A stretch of 39,795 nt of DNA from contig JBIIGV010000014.1 of the NCBI GenBank assembly GCA_044236265.1, positions 1 to 39,795 on the forward strand, read 5' to 3'. Position numbers and translations under genes: made by a program. The stretch comes from Oligoflexales bacterium (lineage in GTDB: Bacteria; Bdellovibrionota_B; Oligoflexia; Oligoflexales; RGVZ01). Positions within the stretch are counted from its first letter, which is position 1, and the number at the start of each line of letters is the position of its first letter. The notes beneath the pieces were generated by a model. That model worked only from the letters and a program-made list of their open reading frames with translations, searched no databases and was not told where the DNA came from. Of this stretch, positions 35,637-39,795 are shown one piece after another.

Positions 35637-36818
35637 ATGGTTACGTCTATGGACACGAACGAATCTTCGAAAATTAGAAACAAGCTCCTATCCACTCTGG
35701 CATTCCTCTGCATTTTCGCGACAACGGTTTGCCTTCCGCCAAGTGCAAAAGCTGCAACCATAAAGCGCGCAAATGTTGCCGGGACACTGTTTCTGCTATC
35801 ACTTCTTGAAGAAGAGAAGTTTTCATCCGGCGATGTTGTTTTCATTGTAATAGAAGGACAATTAAAAACGACGGGTACCGTCAAAGTAGAATCTGATGGA
35901 AACGTCTATTTGCGACCCAAAATGCCCATCACCAACTTAAAGCAAGGCGACGAACTCCTTATAACTCACGATCCAATATGGCTTAACAGCGGTCAAACAC
36001 GTTCGGGTATTGTCAGTGGAACTGTGGGCTCAGTCTCAGGTGAAAATGTCTTTATTAAATTAGAGGAGCGATTTCATCCCGTATTTTCATTGAATAGTCC
36101 GATCGAAATACAGATTGAAGAAACGCTCTTAGCCATGCCGGCCTCCGCGATTGAATACCGTAAAACAGGAATATGGTTCAAAGTCACGGGGGAGATTGAC
36201 AAACTCCCGGCTGGCACTGTCGTCTCGTTTCCCCACACTCAAACTGCAGGCCGAAGCATCGCAGCAATCAGCCGCAGACTCAAGCAAGGGACAACAACTA
36301 TATTTTACCGTTTCGGTAGAAGTGCACTTAGCCTTGGCGAGGTCAACCGTAATGACTCAGGATATTCTGCTGGCATTGTAGTCTCTCATGATATTCTTGC
36401 ATCAAAATCATTTGTTTTCGCAGCCGGTGGGGGCGCAGAGTATCAAAGCTTACAATCCTCGGGCACAACCGCTGGGGTTAAGATCGATTACGAAATGACA
36501 CAATTTTCTGCCGTTTTTCACGGTTCACCGCAGTTTCGAATCAACGACAAAATCCGCGGTGGTTTATTTGGAGAGTACCATTATGGATTGAACGGATCCT
36601 CAAACTCCAAGACAAAGAGTGAATCCAATGCTCTAAACGCACAGATTTCAAGCTTTGCGATCGGATTGACCGGCTCGTACATGATCAGTCCCAACAGTTT
36701 GTTGGGACTAAACCTAGGTTTTTCATCAACGAAAGTCACGATCGCGAACGAGGATGCTTCGGATTCATATAACGGCAACGGGAATTCGCAGGTTATCTAT
36801 TTCGCAAAGCTCTTCTAA
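35637..36818 (+). CDS. Hypothetical exported protein with N-terminal small beta domains and a C-terminal outer-membrane beta-barrel
   Basis: Signal peptide (…SAKA), alternating beta-strands in the last ~180 aa, terminal YFAKLF; alternative start at ATG 35649. Confidence 0.65.
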   Translation: MVTSMDTNESSKIRNKLLSTLAFLCIFATTVCLPPSAKAATIKRANVAGTLFLLSLLEEEKFSSGDVVFIVIEGQLKTTGTVKVESDGNVYLRPKMPITNLKQGDELLITHDPIWLNSGQTRSGIVSGTVGSVSGENVFIKLEERFHPVFSLNSPIEIQIEETLLAMPASAIEYRKTGIWFKVTGEIDKLPAGTVVSFPHTQTAGRSIAAISRRLKQGTTTIFYRFGRSALSLGEVNRNDSGYSAGIVVSHDILASKSFVFAAGGGAEYQSLQSSGTTAGVKIDYEMTQFSAVFHGSPQFRINDKIRGGLFGEYHYGLNGSSNSKTKSESNALNAQISSFAIGLTGSYMISPNSLLGLNLGFSSTKVTIANEDASDSYNGNGNSQVIYFAKLF

Positions 36819-36853
36819 TCAATCTCGCCAGAAACGCGAATGCTACGTCGGAA

Positions 36854-37732
36854 TTAGCTCTGCCCTAATTTTGCAGGCGCTCGACTCTCGCCAACAACTC
36901 CGGCCAGCAGGAACATCGTGATGGCATATGGTAATATCTGCACCAATTGCACGGGCACGACGCCAAATCCTGGGATCATAATACCCTGCAACTTCAACTG
37001 CGCGACTTCACACACCCCGAATAGTAAACAGGCAATACATGCCGGGACCGGCTTCCATTTTCCCAAGATCAACGCCGCCAAAGCCATGAAACCTCGGCCA
37101 GCCGTCATATTGCGCGTATAGCTAGAGGCCAGTGATATGGAGAGCAACGCGCCGCCCAGTGCAGCAACTCCACCAGAGATCATCAAAGCTATCCAGCGAA
37201 CGCCAGCCGGGCTTACCCCAGCAGCACGCAATGCTTCGGGCTTTTCACCAGCCACCGTTAACCATAGTCCAAAGGGTGTTCTATGAATAAGAACGTAAGA
37301 CACGGCAACAATCGTCACGGCAACCACGATTGGCATCCAGTGGGGAAGCCTCTCAGAAGCCTCCAAAGCTGGAGTATTCGAGGTTACATCAAAAAGCATT
37401 TTACTAACGACCGGTATTCCGCCCCATGCGAGCATATTTATAGCCGTTCCGGCAACGATTTGATCTGCTTTCAGCTTTAAAACCAATATTCCGTAAAACA
37501 CACCAACCATCACCCCGAAGGCTGATGCCATAAATAATCCGGTCAATCCATGACCAAACATGTGCGCTGACGTTGCTCCAACAAACGCGCCAAAAAGCAT
37601 AAACCCTTCTAACGCAATTTGGATCACACCACTTCGCTCCGAGTATAAACCCGCAATCGCTGCGAGAATTAATGGCGCAGCAAACCGCAGCGCTGATAAG
37701 AAAAGCTCGACAAGACTGAGAGACTCCATCAC
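36854..37732 (-). CDS. Nucleoside/simple-sugar ABC transporter permease (NupC/YufQ-like)
   Basis: SERSGV..IALEG.ML.GA, GE.PEA..AAG, GRGFMALAALILGKWKP and LPY.IT motifs. Confidence 0.92.
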   Translation of the reverse strand: MMESLSLVELFLSALRFAAPLILAAIAGLYSERSGVIQIALEGFMLFGAFVGATSAHMFGHGLTGLFMASAFGVMVGVFYGILVLKLKADQIVAGTAINMLAWGGIPVVSKMLFDVTSNTPALEASERLPHWMPIVVAVTIVAVSYVLIHRTPFGLWLTVAGEKPEALRAAGVSPAGVRWIALMISGGVAALGGALLSISLASSYTRNMTAGRGFMALAALILGKWKPVPACIACLLFGVCEVAQLKLQGIMIPGFGVVPVQLVQILPYAITMFLLAGVVGESRAPAKLGQS

Positions 37733-38775
37733 TGTAGATCTCCTTCTGCACTCGTAAATCTTGCTTGAGCGACCACAAATATTACAACCACTGCAGCGAT
37801 CACCTGGGCCAAATCACGTGTCACTTTTGTTGCCTCGATATCAAGAGCACTCGCCCCATGATGGAGTGCTGCAAATAAAAATGCGGAAAACACAACCCCC
37901 AATGGTCTTCCTCGCCCGAGAAGTGCGACAGGAATTCCCAAAAATCCAAATCCTTCGCTCATCTCCATACGAAATCGTCCAGCCTCTCCCAAGACCATGG
38001 CTGCAGCGGCAAGCCCGCAGGCTGCACTACCGGCGAAGAATGCCCAAAATCTTGTCCACGGAACACTATAGCCGGCAACTTGAGCGGCATCTGGAGACTG
38101 ACGAACGGCCTTCAAGCGAAACCCCGGGCGCGTTTTCTCAACGACAATCCAAAAGATTGCAGCGGCCAATAGTGATATCAAAATAGCAACGGTCGCAGGC
38201 GCACCCTCAAATGCAGGAAATCTCCCGAGTCGCCATTGTTCAGCGATGGCGGCTGTCTCCGGGTTCTGACTATCGCTGGTTTGAAAGGTTCCGACCACTA
38301 ACCAACCGGTCAAACCCGCCGCGATAAAATTCAACATGATACTGCCGATGACCTCGTGTCCACCGCGAAATGCACGTATGGCACCCGCAATTCCACCCCA
38401 AACTCCCGCAGCAAGGACTGCTGCTAATATGCTAACCGTCACAGCGACGAAAGCTGGTAAATCCTGTGGCAAATGCAAGGCAGCTAAGGCGCACGCCATG
38501 GCTCCGATCAGTGTTTGCCCTTCGGCACCAATATTAAAAACACCAGCTTGAAACGGAATGGCCACAGCAAGGCCGGTAGCGATAAGAATCGAGGCAAAAT
38601 AGATCACCATACCCTGATCGTGCAGGGTACCAAATGCGCCTTTCACCATAATCATCAACACGTCGAGGGGGTTCTCTCCCGCACATGCCGCCACAAGACT
38701 GCCAGCTAAAAGCCCTAAGGCCAGGCCCATGATACTCACTAAAAATGGCTTTAACTTGGATAGTTGTTGCATCAT
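37729..38775 (-). CDS. Nucleoside/simple-sugar ABC transporter permease (NupB/YufP-like)
   Basis: GLAVAIPF.AGVFNIGAEGQ, HEVI.SIMLNFIA and GF.GI.VALLG motifs. Confidence 0.92.
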   Translation of the reverse strand: MMQQLSKLKPFLVSIMGLALGLLAGSLVAACAGENPLDVLMIMVKGAFGTLHDQGMVIYFASILIATGLAVAIPFQAGVFNIGAEGQTLIGAMACALAALHLPQDLPAFVAVTVSILAAVLAAGVWGGIAGAIRAFRGGHEVIGSIMLNFIAAGLTGWLVVGTFQTSDSQNPETAAIAEQWRLGRFPAFEGAPATVAILISLLAAAIFWIVVEKTRPGFRLKAVRQSPDAAQVAGYSVPWTRFWAFFAGSAACGLAAAAMVLGEAGRFRMEMSEGFGFLGIPVALLGRGRPLGVVFSAFLFAALHHGASALDIEATKVTRDLAQVIAAVVVIFVVAQARFTSAEGDLQ

Positions 38776-39795
38776 GAAGACTTACCCCCACCACCCATGG
38801 CCAAACCTATCGCATGCTCAGAAAAAGCCTGACGATTAAACGTGGCCATAATCTTACCTGAATACATGACGTGAATGACGTCACTCAGAGCCATTAGCTC
38901 ATCCAGTTGCGATGAAATCAGTAAGATTCCAGCTCCCTTGTCACGACGATTTAACAGTTCCCCATGAATCTGTTCAATTGCCCCAACATCCACGCCTCTG
39001 GTGGGTTGAGAACAGAGAATCAGCTTCGGATTACGTGACAATTCACGAGCCATGACAAATTTCTGTTGATTACCACCGGAAAATCCACCTAGCCTCGCGT
39101 CCGGATCTGGAGGACGAACGTCGAACGTCTTTAGCTCGCCAACCAGTCGCTCCCTAGCCTTTTTCCGGTCGATCCACTGATAGCCAGACAAGGCTTTTGC
39201 CGCAAATTCATGGTCATGTCCTAAAAGTTCATTCTCGATTAGAGTCTCTTCCGGCAAAACCGCCTCGCGCAGTCGATCGGCAGGAACAACACCGATAGCT
39301 TGTTGTCTAATTAGATTCCGCCCAAGAATACGTCCATCCTGACCAAAGACACGAATGACCGAGTTGGGCGCACTTGCCCGCAATGCGCGACGAGGATTTA
39401 AGACAGCGCTAAATAGTTCAGACTGGCCACTCCCCTCTACTCCGGCAATGCCAACCACTTGGCCCTCTTTGACGGAAAGACTGACATCCGTAAGGGTGGG
39501 CCGACTTCCGAGACCCTCGATGGTTAATCGCTCGATACAAAGCAACTCATCTCCTGGAGCTTTTTCTGATCGCGTCAACTCACCGAGATGAACATGTCGA
39601 CCAACCATCAAATCTGCCATATCCTGCACAGTGACATCACCGCAATTCGCGGTACACACGGTCTTCCCTCGCCGCAAAACGGTCACGCGATCAGCAATCG
39701 ATTTCACCTCGCGAAGTTTGTGGGTAATTATGATGATCGTGCGCCCCCTCTGATTCAGGTTGCGGATCATGTTCAGAAATGTCTCTGTCTCTTCT
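38772..39795 (-). CDS. Nucleoside/simple-sugar ABC transporter ATP-binding protein (two-domain CUT2 type), 5' part outside window
   Basis: Frame is open to the window edge; ITHKL.EV, GIAGVEGSGQ, SGGNQQK and QPTRGVDVGA motifs. Confidence 0.93.
   Translation of the reverse strand, partial: EETETFLNMIRNLNQRGRTIIIITHKLREVKSIADRVTVLRRGKTVCTANCGDVTVQDMADLMVGRHVHLGELTRSEKAPGDELLCIERLTIEGLGSRPTLTDVSLSVKEGQVVGIAGVEGSGQSELFSAVLNPRRALRASAPNSVIRVFGQDGRILGRNLIRQQAIGVVPADRLREAVLPEETLIENELLGHDHEFAAKALSGYQWIDRKKARERLVGELKTFDVRPPDPDARLGGFSGGNQQKFVMARELSRNPKLILCSQPTRGVDVGAIEQIHGELLNRRDKGAGILLISSQLDELMALSDVIHVMYSGKIMATFNRQAFSEHAIGLAMGGGGKSS

Noticed and set aside
1..39795. CRISPR arrays, tRNA/rRNA genes, IS elements, integrases, retron or defence genes
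   Set aside because: No regularly spaced repeats, cloverleaf signatures, transposase, integrase or reverse-transcriptase motifs were seen by manual inspection

Overview
Gene-dense bacterial chromosomal segment of moderate GC content. Its gene content suggests Bdellovibrionota/Oligoflexia or a related deltaproteobacterial-like lineage (inference). Housekeeping genes include ccsA-like/hemA/hemC/hemD, class II DAHP synthase, divergent purB/purA, lpxD, a U32 tRNA-hydroxylation protein, a deoxyhypusine-synthase-like enzyme, YqgE/AlgH, a CoA-transferase, OsmC, a Gld-type ABC/DUF4340 operon, a nucleoside-type ABC transporter and an OPT transporter. I saw no rRNA, tRNA, CRISPR array or mobile element. 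The most notable observations are: (1) a four-gene envelope thiol-redox operon (beta-barrel, DUF4266-like lipoprotein ending CPTCGG, multi-thioredoxin lipoprotein, TlpA) with no adjacent apbE; (2) one perfect and several near-consensus sigma28/FliA-type promoters in front of non-flagellar genes; (3) a divergent SelO-like pseudokinase paired with an S51 peptidase; (4) a lipoprotein metzincin whose last 196 residues contain no charged amino acid; (5) a four-hairpin element at 365-468 whose mismatches all become G.U pairs on the minus strand; (6) two tandem paralogous minor-pilin-like genes. Family assignments come from motif recognition only; no database search was run.
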